A stretch of DNA of 64,000 nucleotides from the human T2T-CHM13v2.0 reference genome, Homo sapiens, in assembly GCF_009914755.1 (NCBI RefSeq), contig NC_060928.1; one strand, 5' to 3'. The notes beneath the pieces were generated by a model. It ran no database searches and was not told the DNA's origin. It saw only the letters and a list, made by a program, of their open reading frames with translations. The position numbers and the translations under genes are program-made. Each line of letters begins with the position of its first letter. Position 1 is the stretch's first letter. Positions 14,121 through 29,409 of this stretch are shown piece by piece.

Positions 14121-14642
14121 TGTCAGGCCTCTGAGCCCAAGCTAAGCCATCATATCCCCTGTGACCTGCACGTATACATCCAGATGGCCTGAAGCAACTG
14201 AAGATCCACAGAAGAAGTGAAAATAGCCAGTTCCTGCCTTAACTGATGACATTCCACCATTGTAATTTGTTCCTGCCCCACCCTAACTGATCAATTGACT
14301 TTGTGACAATACACCCTCCCTACCCTTGCGATAATGTAATTTGTGATATTCCCTCACCCTTGTGAAGGTACTTTGTACTATACACCCTCCCCACCCTTGA
14401 GAAGGTACTTTGTAATATTCTCCCCTGCCCTTAGGAATGTACTTTGTAAGATCCACCCCCTGCCCACAAAAAATTGCTCCTAACTCCACCGCCTATCCCA
14501 AACCTGTAAGAACTAATGATAATCCCACCACCCTTTGCTGACTCTCTTTTCGGACTCAGCCCGCCTTCACCCAGGTGATAAAAAAGCTTTATTGCTCACA
14601 CAAAGCCTGTTTGGTGGTCTCTTCACATGGATGTGCATGACA
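14121..14642 (+). mobile_element. Solo HERV-H LTR (LTR7 family, LTR7B/C-like) inserted in the L1PB 5'UTR
   Basis: TGTCAGGCCTCTGAGCCCAAGCTAAGCC...GCATGACA. 5-bp TSD AGGAT at 14116-14120 and 14643-14647. Tandem CCCACCCTTG-type U3 units. Confidence 0.93.
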
Positions 14643-15129
14643 AGGATGTGTGTTTGGAGGCAGGTTTTCCCCTTTCGCCCTTGGTAACTCACAGTTTCTC
14701 TCCTGTCTTATGGAATTTGCAGAGGCATGCTGCTTATTTCAAATAATCTGTGAATTATTTCAGTTTTCTTGGTACATTCCTGCAGTGGTTCTTGGAGAAA
14801 ATCCGCTGTATGAGTCTCCACACACTGTTCTATCTGTCCAAGTGGGAGCTGCACAATTGTCCTGTCTGCTATCTGCCATCTGCCTCCTAAATCCCCCTGT
14901 CTTTTCTTCAGCCTCTCATCTTCACCCCTGCATACACACATATACAGGCACACAAAGTTGTCACAGAGCCTTTCAAGAATATTTTGAATACTTATCTGAG
15001 TATATAAAGTAGAGATCTGAAGCTCTAAAAATGAAAGTTTTTAAAAATAAAATTTGGCTTAGGATGTGGAATCTGTCCTCATATCATTAACAAAAATATG
15101 CTTTGGATACCACTTTGACAGTCCTCCAA

Positions 15130-15545
15130 CACCTATATCAGTCAACAGGCCAACACAAAACAGATGGCACACTCCAAATAAGGCACCTGGAGGAGGGTGC
15201 ATCTACAACGGACCTAGTTACAGAGGTGTTAAGTACAGGGGAATCGCGAGAGGTAGTGTTGCAATCTAAGACTCAGTAAAGAGAAGAGAGAAGAGATTAG
15301 TTAACAGAGAATTTAGAACAGTGACCTGGACAAAGGTCAGCTTACCTTGCAAGGAGAGAGTTAGGCAAATAATGCCCTGACCTCATTCTGCAACTCCCCG
15401 CTAAACTTCTGGGGCTTCCCATTGGTTGGACATAGGGGATGTTAGAACACATGAGAACCTCTCAAAATCCATACAGGCCAGGCTCTCAGAGAAGACAGGA
15501 GAGTGAAAAACTGGCAGAAAGTGGACCTAAAGGAGAAAGTGAAAG
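15130..15545. mobile_element. Old ERVL/MaLR-type LTR remnant
   Basis: AACAGATGGCACACTC and CTTCCCATTGGTTGGA motifs recalled from old ERVL-class LTRs. Family uncertain. Confidence 0.4.
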
Positions 15546-15707
15546 ATGCTCAGAACAATATTCTTATTCAGAGGTTATACAAAGATTGTTTTAATTAAAT
15601 ATACAATATATGCTGGAAAAATTAGAATTATGAACAATAAACTTTCTATCAGTCAAGTGTAATTCATCATTTTACTGTCTAGATGGACAAAAAGTCAAGT
15701 TAGAGAG

Positions 15708-15740
15708 GTGTGTGTGTGTGTGCGTGTGTGTGTGTATGTG
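15708..15740. repeat. (TG)n microsatellite
   Basis: Seen directly. Confidence 0.9.
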
Positions 15741-16189
15741 AACATATATTTGACTGTGTTAACGAGGCACTGACCAAAAATTTTTTAAATCATTCGATCA
15801 TACAAACAGAATTTTGGCACTGGGACTGAAACTATTTTGTCAACAGTACTTTTTCTTTACTTTGTCTTGGTTTGGTTTTCATTGGCTTGTTTTGTTATGG
15901 AGTGGACTATTAGTACTGAGAGCAGAGCCTTTGCTTTATCCACTAAGATATGGGAGACCCCAGAAGTGAGAAGAATTACTAAGAGAAAGATAAGGAATCT
16001 TCAAAAATTTTATAGAACGACCAGAATTTTTGTAGGTATAGTTGTGAGAGAAGAATGTTATAGTACACATCAGGGGGCTTGGGATTATTCTAGAAATTTT
16101 GCTAAGTGTTTTTTGCCTAAAAATTAGCAAATGAACCCCACCCTCATGAATTCTCACAGCTCAGGGAGGAGACAGACATATGTATACAT

Positions 16190-17000
16190 CAGATACATTC
16201 AATAAGTTTACACACGCCCTTTTCATTCACCAGGGCATAAGAGATTCAACATTGAAGAAAAATAGGGTGTTTGTGCTCTCATTGATTTTATATTCTAATA
16301 AAAGGAAAATACAATAAAACATATAGTAACATGAAAAATATTAGATGGTGATAATTGCTGTGCAGAAAACTAAAATGGAAAATTATATAATTTGATAAAC
16401 GTGATTATCTGCTTTATTGAATAAACAGGGAAGGCCTCTCAGGTGGTAATGGGTTGAGATCTGAGTGACAGAAGAGTGTTTGCCATAAGAAGATTAGTGA
16501 GAAGATTCTGGTGAGAAACAATATTACCTACCAAGGCCTCAAGGTGAGAGAAGCAGGATTTGCCTACACAACTGAAAGAAGGCCAGTAATTCTGGCATTC
16601 AGTAAAAAGATGCCAAATAATATAGGTATTGTTAAGCCAAGGTAAGAAGTTTGAATTTTGTTCCAAATATATAGGAAGCCATTGGCTAAGGAGTGGCATG
16701 ATTTTATTTCTATTTTAATTGATCACCAAGGCTGCTCTATGGAGCACAGACTAGTGGGATGAGAGTGAAGGCCGGAAGCTATGATACCAGTTCAGGAGGG
16801 AGGCAATGGGGGCTTAGACTGAAGAAAGTAGTCAATTTAGCAATCTTTTAAACATATAGGCAATATAGTAATTGACTTTGAATCGATAGATTCAAAGCCT
16901 ACTTTATAGATAAATTGACAGGGCTTTTAATTGAGAGACTGGATGTGAGGTTGATAAAATGAAAAAGAATACCTGATATAATGTTGGCCAATAGGCATGT
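16190..17000 (-). mobile_element. L2 fragment
   Basis: CAGGGAAGGCCTCTC and GGAAGCCATTGG...GGAGTGGCATGAT antisense L2 motifs. Confidence 0.65.
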
Positions 17001-17359
17001 AAATGTACTATTTCTGCACAGTGCTATAATTGCTGCAAAGCTAATGTATGCAGAGTTCAGTGGACATGTAGAAAAAGATGAGTCTAAGATTTTCTGAGAG
17101 AATCCAAGAATGCTGTACGATGGATTTGAAGGATGAACATATCTGAGTACCGAGTAGAGGTAAAGAGTGCAATGCTGGACTTGCATGTCGTTGTCACCAG
17201 TGGAAGGAACTTCTGCCCTGTACTCCCTACTCATATTTCTCATTCCCCTATATTTCTGATATTAATTAATGATATCACCACATGTTTAACCTTCAAAGTT
17301 ACATCTTTGAATTCTCTACCACTGCCCCATCCACACATACTCACACACAAAAGCCTAGA

Positions 17360-17910
17360 GCAAATATAATCAGTAATGGGGAAAGCATTAGAAGCATTCT
17401 CTTCAAAATAAGGGAATAAGAATGGCTATGATCACCAGCTGTACTTGATAATTCTTCTGTACTTTTAATTAATACACTAAGACAAGAAAAATAAATGTAA
17501 GATTTAATGATTGGTTAGGAAGACATTACGTTTTATTCTCAGATGATAGTACACTAAAAATCTGAAGAATCTCTACACAAATTTTTAGAAGTAAGATGTT
17601 ATTAAGGTAAATAGCATATATAGTAGCAACAAATAGAAAATTTAATGAGATACTTTTATATTTACTATAACAATAAAATACTTAAGAGTCATAAAGGAAA
17701 AATATCTTAAAAATGCATGAAACTTGTATCCAGAATATTATAAAACTTTTGTGGAGGACATTAAAATATTTTTTAAAATTAAGAGATAACCCAAATTGTT
17801 TTTCAAAACTCAAGATTACAAAGATGCTGCTTTGTATTAAATAAATGCATAGATTCAATATAATTAAAATGAAAATTTCAAAGAGTTTTTCATGAAATTT
17901 GACAAGCTAA
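17360..17910 (+). mobile_element. Old L1M ORF2 (RT region) fragment
   Basis: Degenerate NIILNGEKLEAFPL-like coding at about 17363-17410. Confidence 0.65.
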
Positions 17911-18239
17911 AAGGAGAACAAATATTCCCCATCATTACTCTAATAGTAAATACACCTGTGGCTAATAATATATTTCTCCATAGTAACTGCATTTTCACTG
18001 TTACATTAAACACTATTATCCATGTAATTGGTAAGAACATAGAGTAAAAAACAACAACTTAAATATTCATATTGTCACTTCTTGCAGAAATTTCTCTAAT
18101 CCCTAAAATCCCAGTGAGTATAATTTCTGGCACTCCCACAACATTCTTAATTTCTTCATACACATTCCCTTCTCCTTTGCTTGACACAGTTTTTGCCTAT
18201 TTGTCCATGTCCCTGACTTTACCAATGATAACATCTTGC

Positions 18240-20740
18240 AACACTACAGTATGACATCACAGCCAGTATATTGACATTGCTAAGATCCAGAATATTTTCA
18301 TCACTATGAGGATGCCTCATTTTTACCTTCCCTGACCACACCCACTTTTTCCCACTCTACTCTTTTTAAATCCTGGAAACCACTCATCTTTATCCATTTT
18401 AATACTTTTATCATTTCAAAAATGTTATATAAATGGAGTCACATAATATACAACATTTTGAGATTGATTTTTTTCATTCAGCATAATTCTCTAGAGATTC
18501 ACTCATGTTGTTGCACATATTCATAATTTGATTGTTCTTTTCTTTTCTTTTTTCCTGTTTTTCTTTTCTTTTCTTTTCTTTTCGAGACAGAATCTTACTC
18601 TGTCACCCAGGCTGGAGTGCAGTGGCACCATCACGACTAAGTGTAGCCTCGACCTCCCAGGCCCAAGCGATCCTCCTACCTCAGCCTCCTGAGTAACTGG
18701 GACCACAGGCACATGCCATCACACCTGGCTAGGGGATTTTGTTGCTGTTGTTTTAAATTTTATTTTGTAGAGACAGAATCTTCCTATGTTTCCCAAGCTG
18801 GTCTCGAACTCCTGAGCTCAAGCTACCTCCTGCCTCAGCCTCCCAAAGTGCTGATATTACAGGCATGAGCAGCCATGCCTGGCCTGTTTTTTTTTTATTG
18901 CTAAATAATATTCTAGAGCATGAATGTACCACAGTTTGTTGAACTATTCATCTGTTGAGCAAAATCTGAGCTGTTTCCATTATTCACCTATTGCAAGTCA
19001 CTATAAACATTTGGTTTTGTGTAAACATAAGACCTCATTTCTCTGAGATAAATGCCTAGAAGTACACCTGCTAGAGCGTGTATTATGTGTATATTTACTT
19101 ACTTCTGGCCTCCACGATGTTTGATAAAAAACCCACCATTATTCCAATTGTTTTTGCCCTAAAGGTAAGGTGGCATTTCTTTCTCATAGCCTTCAAGATT
19201 TTTTCTTTCTCCTTAATTTTCAGAATTTTAATTATTATGTGTTTTGGTGTGTGTTTCTTTGGGTTTATCCTATTTGTGATCCATTTAGTCTCTTGAACCT
19301 GTAGCTATGTGTCACACCAATTTGGGAAGTTTTCAGCCATTGTTTCTTCACATACTTTTCCCACATTCATGATTCTGATAGCATGAATGTTAGATCTTTT
19401 GTTATAGTTCCAAAGTCTCTAGGGTTCTCTTCGTTTTTTCAGTCTATTTTCTGTTATTCACATTGAGTAGCTCCTATTTATCTAACTTCCGGGTCACTGA
19501 TTCTTTCTTCTGTCCACATCATTCTTCTGTTGGATATTGCATTTTTAAGTTTTAAAATGTTCATTTGATTTCCTTTATTTCTTCTATTTATTTTCTGAGA
19601 CTTGACATTTCTTTGCTATATTTTTATTTGTTTCTGGCATGTTTATAATTGTTCACTGGGTCATTTTTTAAAAGTCACGGGTGCTTTAAAATCTTTGACA
19701 ATTCTAACATCTCTGTTATCTCAGTGTTGTCATCTATTTATTTATTATTTTTTCAATTGGAGATCTTTCTGGTTCTTTATTTTTTTATTGAAATCTGGAC
19801 ATTTCTATGTGATGTTATGATGACAGTCTAGATCTTATTTAAAACATTCTTTTAAACCTGGTTTTCCCTCACATCATTCTGGCAGAGAAAAGGGTTTTGG
19901 GCACACTGTAGTATTACTACTAGGTGGGCGTAGATATTCAGCTTCCTAACTTGGCCTCCACTGGCACCTGAGTTGGGGAGTTCCTCCTTACTCCTGGATA
20001 AGATGGGTGTTCTGGATTCCCAGGTAGCCTCTCCATTTGAGAGTTAATGCCCAAAGCCATCACTCTCCACTAGATCTCCTCTGACACCACTCTAGCGGGG
20101 AGAGGGAGGAGTACCTCATTACTGCCAGGTGGAGATGGAAGACTAGACTCCCTATATGTTCTTCACTGACATTTTTACCATGTGAGGGAGATTTGGGAGA
20201 GTCACTCATTACCAGATGGTGCGGATAGAAGTTCTAGCTTCCTACATTGTCTAATCTTACACTACCCTGGCAAGGCTGTTGGATGCCACATTACAGCCTA
20301 AAGAGTGTAGAAGTCTAGGCACCGACTAGGCCCTTGCTGGTATGGCTAGGAGTAGGGTCACTCTGCTTTTTCATCTGTTTCTTTTATGGCGTTTCACTGG
20401 AGTAGAAAAATTATTGTCTGAATGTTTTCTGTATTACTAGGCTTTCCTTTTTTTTTTGGTCCTTCAACTAGAGGGAGCAGGCTTTTTGAAAGTCTATTTT
20501 TGCCCGTTCATTTCTGGGTTGCTGGCTTTTTCAGCTTCAAGCTTGTGATGTTTGAATGAAAAAATAATTCTGGGAACCCACCACCACGTCTTTCTTCAGG
20601 TCCTGAGGCAAGTCTTCTTTCTTCTCTCTACCTTTCAGAGTCTTCTGATATCCTTTTTACATATACTGTTCAGTGTCTTTACCTGTAGAGGAAGAATATA
20701 GAAAATTGAGTCTAGTGTATATTTCTATAAATGGAAGTCC
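18240..20740 (-). mobile_element. Old L1M (MC/ME-type) fragments: 3' end, then 5'/ORF1 region
   Basis: ATAAATGGAGTCACATAATAT...TTCAGCATAAT L1M 3' end, followed by a T-rich antisense ORF1-like region. Confidence 0.6.
18536..18884 (-). mobile_element. AluJ
   Basis: Antisense Alu dimer with J-type diagnostics (GCCTCGACCTCC, CTCAAGC..CCTCC), an expanded middle linker and a (CTTTT)n tail. Confidence 0.9.
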
Positions 20741-20949
20741 CCCATACTTATTTTTTACATTTTTATTTTCTAGCAAAAGAAAAATCATAAATAAAGCTTT
20801 TGTGAGAAAATTTAACCAATTTTAATTATTATTAGTATATCTTTTGTGCTGGACTTAAAGATGTCTGATACCTCTATGCAGCTCTTAAAGACCCAAAGTC
20901 ACACTAATTTTGTGTCAAAGTAGCTTTAGTTTGCCATTCAGGATAGTTA

Positions 20950-21135
20950 AAAACATCAATTTTGGAGTCAGAAAACCTAAATTTGAGTCCTGGATTTTCT
21001 GCCTGCTAGCTTTATGAATTTGGCCAAATGATTTGACCTCTCCAAGCCACATTTTCTGAGTGAAAAATTAAGAAAATAATAGAACTCACTCCGTAAGTCT
21101 GTTATAATAACTAAATGAGAAAATATGCAGCACAA
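20950..21135 (+). mobile_element. MIR fragment
   Basis: TTTGGAGTCAGAAAACCT...TAAATGAGA MIR core. Confidence 0.65.
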
Positions 21136-21699
21136 GAGCTACCATATTAAATGCTTGCTATGAGACAGACACTGTGCTATATATGTGTTTCTACGTGCAT
21201 AAAAGTCCTGAAATTATAGTTCTTAACATTCTATATTTTAGTAGCTTTCTACTTTGTGCTAGACAAACTTGCCTTTTTTGTAAAATGAGAGGATTGAACT
21301 AAATAATAAACACAGGGACTTTATCTTGTGTTGCTGTTTCTCCAGCATCTGGAACAGCATCTGGTTCTTAACCGGTACTCAATAAATTGGATTGAATTAA
21401 TGAATTGACATATTTGCATAAGATATTGTGGTTTATAATATAATCTTCCTATATTATCATAACTAATTTTAGCATACACACTACATGCTTTGTTGTAATC
21501 CATATATTTCCTTCCAAGGTAAGATGTATTAATTGAAGATAATTTTCATACAATTATGCTGATTTTTACTGCATTGTTTATTTAGTGACTATACCTATAG
21601 AATGTATATAGTACATAATGTATAAATATATGACAGATTTGATATAGCTCCTAATAGAGACTAATCAAAGATGAACATACAAATTATCTTTCTCAAAAG

Positions 21700-22130
21700 A
21701 CTAAACTACTAAAGGTTTTAAGCAGAAGAAACATGTGATTTGAATTACACTTTTATAATTTAAAAAATCGCTTGGATGGAGTATTGAGAACAGACCATGA
21801 AGGGATAAGAGCAGAAATAAGGAAACCAAAAATAATACAGAATAGAGCTAATGATGTCTTGAACCAGGAAGGTAGCAGTGGATATTGTTTCTGAAAGTAG
21901 GACTTTTGAAAGTAGGATGACAACAGGATTTTCTGACAAATTGGACATGTGATGCTAGAGAAAGACAGGAGTTGAAGGGAATGCCAATGGTATTTATCTG
22001 AGCAAACAAAGGATGGAAATGAGGAAGACAGCAGGTGGATTAGATAATGCACAAAGTTATGGTGATGTTGACAAGTGGAGTTTCAATGATGTGGAGGGGC
22101 AACAGCTCAGTTGGAGTAGGATTAGGAGAG
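21700..22130 (-). mobile_element. L2 fragment
   Basis: Purine-rich antisense L2 motifs (AACAGGATTTTCTGACAAATTGGACATG). Confidence 0.55.
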
Positions 22131-22240
22131 CCTCAAAAAAGAATTCTAAAATACAAGTATGGGAAACTTTTAGTGCGACTTATTTATGACTACCTTAGAA
22201 GGAAAAACAATGATAATCTGATAAGATCTGACCAAAAATC

Positions 22241-23146
22241 GGTGGAGGAGCCAAGATGGCCGAATAGGAACAGCTCCGGTCTACAGCTCCCAGCGTGAGC
22301 GACGCAGAAGACGGGTGATTTCTGCATTTCCATCTGAGATACCGGGTTCATCTCACTAGGGAGTGCCAGACAGTGGGCGCAGGCCAGTGTGTGCGCGCAC
22401 CGTGCGCGAGCCGAAGCAGGGCGAGGCATTGCCTCACCTGGGAAGCGCAAGGGGTCAGGGAGTTCCCTTTCCGAGTCAAAGAAAGGGGTGACGGACGCAC
22501 CTGGAAAATCGGGTCACTCCCACCCTAATATTGCGCTTTTCAGACCGGCCTAAGAAACGGCGCACCACGAGACTATATCCCACACCTGGCTCAGAGGGTC
22601 CTATGCCCACGGAATCTCGCTGATTGCTAGCACAGCAGTCTGAGATCAAACTGCAAGGCGGCAACGAGGCTGGGGGAGGGGCGCCCGCCATTGCCCAGGC
22701 TTGCTTAGGTAAACAAAGCAGCCGGGAAGCTCGAACTGGGTGGAGCCCACCACAGCTCAAGGAGGCCTGCCTGCCTCTGTAGGCTCCACCTCTGGGGGCA
22801 GGGCACAGACAAACAAAAAGACAGCAGTAACCTCTGCAGACTTAAGTGTCCCTGTCTGACAGCTTTGAAGAGAGCAGTGGTTCTCCCAGCACGCAGCTGG
22901 AGATCTGAGAACGGGCAGACTGCCTCCTCAAGTGGGTCCCTGACCCCTGACCCCCGAGCAGCCTAACTGGGAGGCACCCCCCAGCAGGGGCACACTGACA
23001 CCTCACACGGCAGGGTATTCCAACAGACCTGCAGCTGAGGGTCCTGTCTGTTAGAAGGAAAACTAACAACCAGAAAGGACATCTACACCGAAAACCCATC
23101 TGTACATCACCATCATCAAAGACCAAAAGTAGATAAAACCACAAAG
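22241..23146 (+). promoter_or_regulatory. L1 5'UTR with internal sense promoter and antisense promoter (CpG-rich)
   Basis: YY1 site CAAGATGGCCG at 22252-22262. CpG-dense against a CpG-poor background. Canonical L1HS 5'UTR sequence. Confidence 0.9.
22476..22691 (-). CDS. ORF0: L1 ORF0 (antisense, 71 aa), intact
   Basis: MAGAPPPASLPPCSLISDCCASNQRDSVG...RCVRHPFL. ATG is CAT at 22689-22691; 216 nt. Confidence 0.85.
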   Translation of the reverse strand: MAGAPPPASLPPCSLISDCCASNQRDSVGIGPSEPGVGYSLVVRRFLGRSEKRNIRVGVTRFSRCVRHPFL

Positions 23147-24163
23147 ATGGGGAAAAAACAGAACAGAAAAACTGGAAACTCTAAAACGCAGAGCGCCTCT
23201 CCTCCTCCAAAGGAACGCAGTTCCTCACCAGCAACGGAACAAAGCTGGATGGAGAATGATTTTGACGAGCTGAGAGAAGAAGGCTTCAGACGATCAAATT
23301 ACTCTGAGCTACGGGAGGACATTCAAACCAAAGGCAAAGAAGTTGAAAACTTTGAAAAAAATTTAGAAGAATGTATAACTAGAATAACCAATACAGAGAA
23401 GTGCTTAAAGGAGCTGATGGAGCTGAAAACCAAGGCTCGAGAACTACATGAAGAATGCAGAAGCCTCAGGAGCCGATGCGATCAACTGGAAGAAAGGGTA
23501 TCAGCAATGGAAGATGAAATGAATGAAATGAAGCGAGAAGGGAAGTTTAGAGAAAAAAGAATAAAAAGAAATGAGCAAAGCCTCCAAGAAATATGGGACT
23601 ATGTGAAAAGACCAAATCTACGTCTGATTGGTGTACCTGAAAGTGATGTGGAGAATGGAACCAAGTTGGAAAACACTCTGCAGGATATTATCCAGGAGAA
23701 CTTCCCCAATCTAGCAAGGCAGGCCAACGTTCAGATTCAGGAAATACAGAGAACGCCACAAAGATACTCCTCGAGAAGAGCAACTCCAAGACACATAATT
23801 GTCAGATTCACCAAAGTTGAAATGAAGGAAAAAATGTTAAGGGCAGCCAGAGAGAAAGGTCGGGTTACCCTCAAAGGAAAGCCCATCAGTCTAACGGCGG
23901 ATCTCTCGGCAGAAACCCTACAAGCCAGAAGAGAGTGGGGGCCAATATTCAACATTCTTAAAGAAAAGAATTTTCAACCCAGAATTTCATATCCAGCCAA
24001 ACTAAGCTTCATAAGTGAAGGAGAAATAAAATACTTTATAGACAAGCAAATGCTGAGAGATTTTGTCACCACCAGGCCTGCCCTAAAAGAGCTCCTGAAG
24101 GAAGCGCTAAACATGGAAAGGAACAACCGGTACCAGCCGCTGCAAAATCATGCCAAAATGTAA
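23147..24163 (+). CDS. ORF1: L1 ORF1p (338-aa RNA-binding protein and nucleic acid chaperone), intact
   Basis: MGKKQNRKTG...QNHAKM. REKG235-238, RR261-262 and YPAKLS motifs are present. Confidence 0.97.
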   Translation: MGKKQNRKTGNSKTQSASPPPKERSSSPATEQSWMENDFDELREEGFRRSNYSELREDIQTKGKEVENFEKNLEECITRITNTEKCLKELMELKTKARELHEECRSLRSRCDQLEERVSAMEDEMNEMKREGKFREKRIKRNEQSLQEIWDYVKRPNLRLIGVPESDVENGTKLENTLQDIIQENFPNLARQANVQIQEIQRTPQRYSSRRATPRHIIVRFTKVEMKEKMLRAAREKGRVTLKGKPISLTADLSAETLQARREWGPIFNILKEKNFQPRISYPAKLSFISEGEIKYFIDKQMLRDFVTTRPALKELLKEALNMERNNRYQPLQNHAKM

Positions 24164-24226
24164 AGACCATCGAGACTAGGAAGAAACTGCATCAACTAAT
24201 GAGCAAAATCACCAGCTAACATCATA

Positions 24227-28054
<3,828 letters not shown>

Positions 28055-28471
28055 ACAATGAGATCACATGGACACAGGAAGGGGAATATCACACTCTGGG
28101 GACTGTGGTGGGGTCGGGGGATGGGGAAGGGATAGCATTGGGAGATATACCTAATGCTAGATGACACATTAGTGGGTGCAGCGCACCAGCATGGCACATG
28201 TATACATATGTAACTAACCTGCACAATGTGCACATGTACCCTAAAACTTAGAGTATAAAAAAAAAAAAAAAACATTAAAAAAAAAAAAAAAGAGATCTGA
28301 CCAAAAATCATATATATAAAATATCAAAATTTTATTTTTTTAGTTTTCAAAAATTTCCATGTTTCAATTTATTATCCATTTATTCACTTTCGTGAATTTC
28401 ATAAAAATTTTTTAAAATGGATTCTGTAAATTTTTTAGTCTACTCTATTTCTGTTAAGAAATACATACTCT

Positions 28472-28820
28472 CTTTTAAAAAATTAACTTTTATTTTAAGT
28501 TCATGGTACATATGCAGGTTTGTTACATAGGTAAACTTGTTTCGTGGGGGTTTGTTGTACATATTATTTTGTCACCTAGATAATATGTCTAGTACCCATT
28601 AGTTATCATTCCTGATCCTCTCCCTCCTCCCACCCTCCACCTTGCAATAGGCCCCAGTGTATGTTGTTCCCCTCTACGTGCCCATGTGATCTCACTGTTT
28701 AGCTCCCAACTGTAAGTGAAAACTTGTGGTATTTGGTTTTTTGTTCCTGCATTAGTTTTCTAAGGATAACGGCCTCCAGTTTCATCCATGTTCCCACAAA
28801 GGACATAATTGCATTCTTTC
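28472..28820 (-). mobile_element. 5'-truncated older L1PA (L1PA13-16-like) 3' end
   Basis: GGTACATATGCAGGTTTGTTACATAGGTAAAC...CCTGATCCTCTCCCTCCTCCCACCCTCCACC. Confidence 0.85.
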
Positions 28821-29409
28821 TCCACACTATTTTTTAGAGAAAGGAAATAAAGGGGGGATATATGCGCAGAATATCACAGAAGGTCTCTAACTCTGTGATC
28901 CTGTGTTGTGGAAGCTGGCAGGCTCTCAGTCCCTGCTGAGGGACCTGTAAGGGACACATGGATGGAGCACAGCAGGGATGAGGTGGAAGCTCACCAACAA
29001 CTTTTCTATTCTTTCTGCTAGAACAGATAAAAGCACAACATAGCCTCAAGACTCAACCCCAGCTGTATCTAGGTCCCAGCACCTTTTAGACCAGAGAGAC
29101 AAAGAGCTGGAAATAAGAAGTAGGAGAAGGAATTTCATTCAAGTTACCTTTTCAGCAATCACCTGCTCACAGGTATCTTGGTTTATGGTATTTTCCAGAT
29201 TATATTTCTATAATGAAACATATAAATAAGTGTTTTTATGAACTATTAAAGAAAAGCTATGCTAGCGAACAAGCGAAGACATACTTTAACAGTATTGACA
29301 TTTTAAAGAAAATATTTCCAAAACCAATATGTGATGTAAGTCCAACTTTGAAAGTCCAAACTCTGAGTAGTTGCTCCAAATGAAATTGAATTCTGGGATT
29401 ATATTGATC

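Larger units (their letters stand above)
7406..14896 (-). mobile_element. Full-length degenerate L1PB (L1PB1-like 3' end, L1PBa-type 5'UTR)
   Basis: Minus-strand ORF fragments match ORF2 (PGPD..., [23 protein letters not shown]) and ORF1 (GKPIRLTADFSAETLQAR). L1PB-type 3'UTR at about 7466-7700. TSD CTGTCTTTTCTT at 7394-7405 and 14897-14908. Confidence 0.88.

Noticed and set aside
14298-14450. Regularly spaced repeats resembling a CRISPR array
   Set aside because: These are tandem U3 units of LTR7 with no unique spacers, in human DNA.
28097-28131. G-quadruplex-forming tract
   Set aside because: A standard feature of the L1 3'UTR, not novel.
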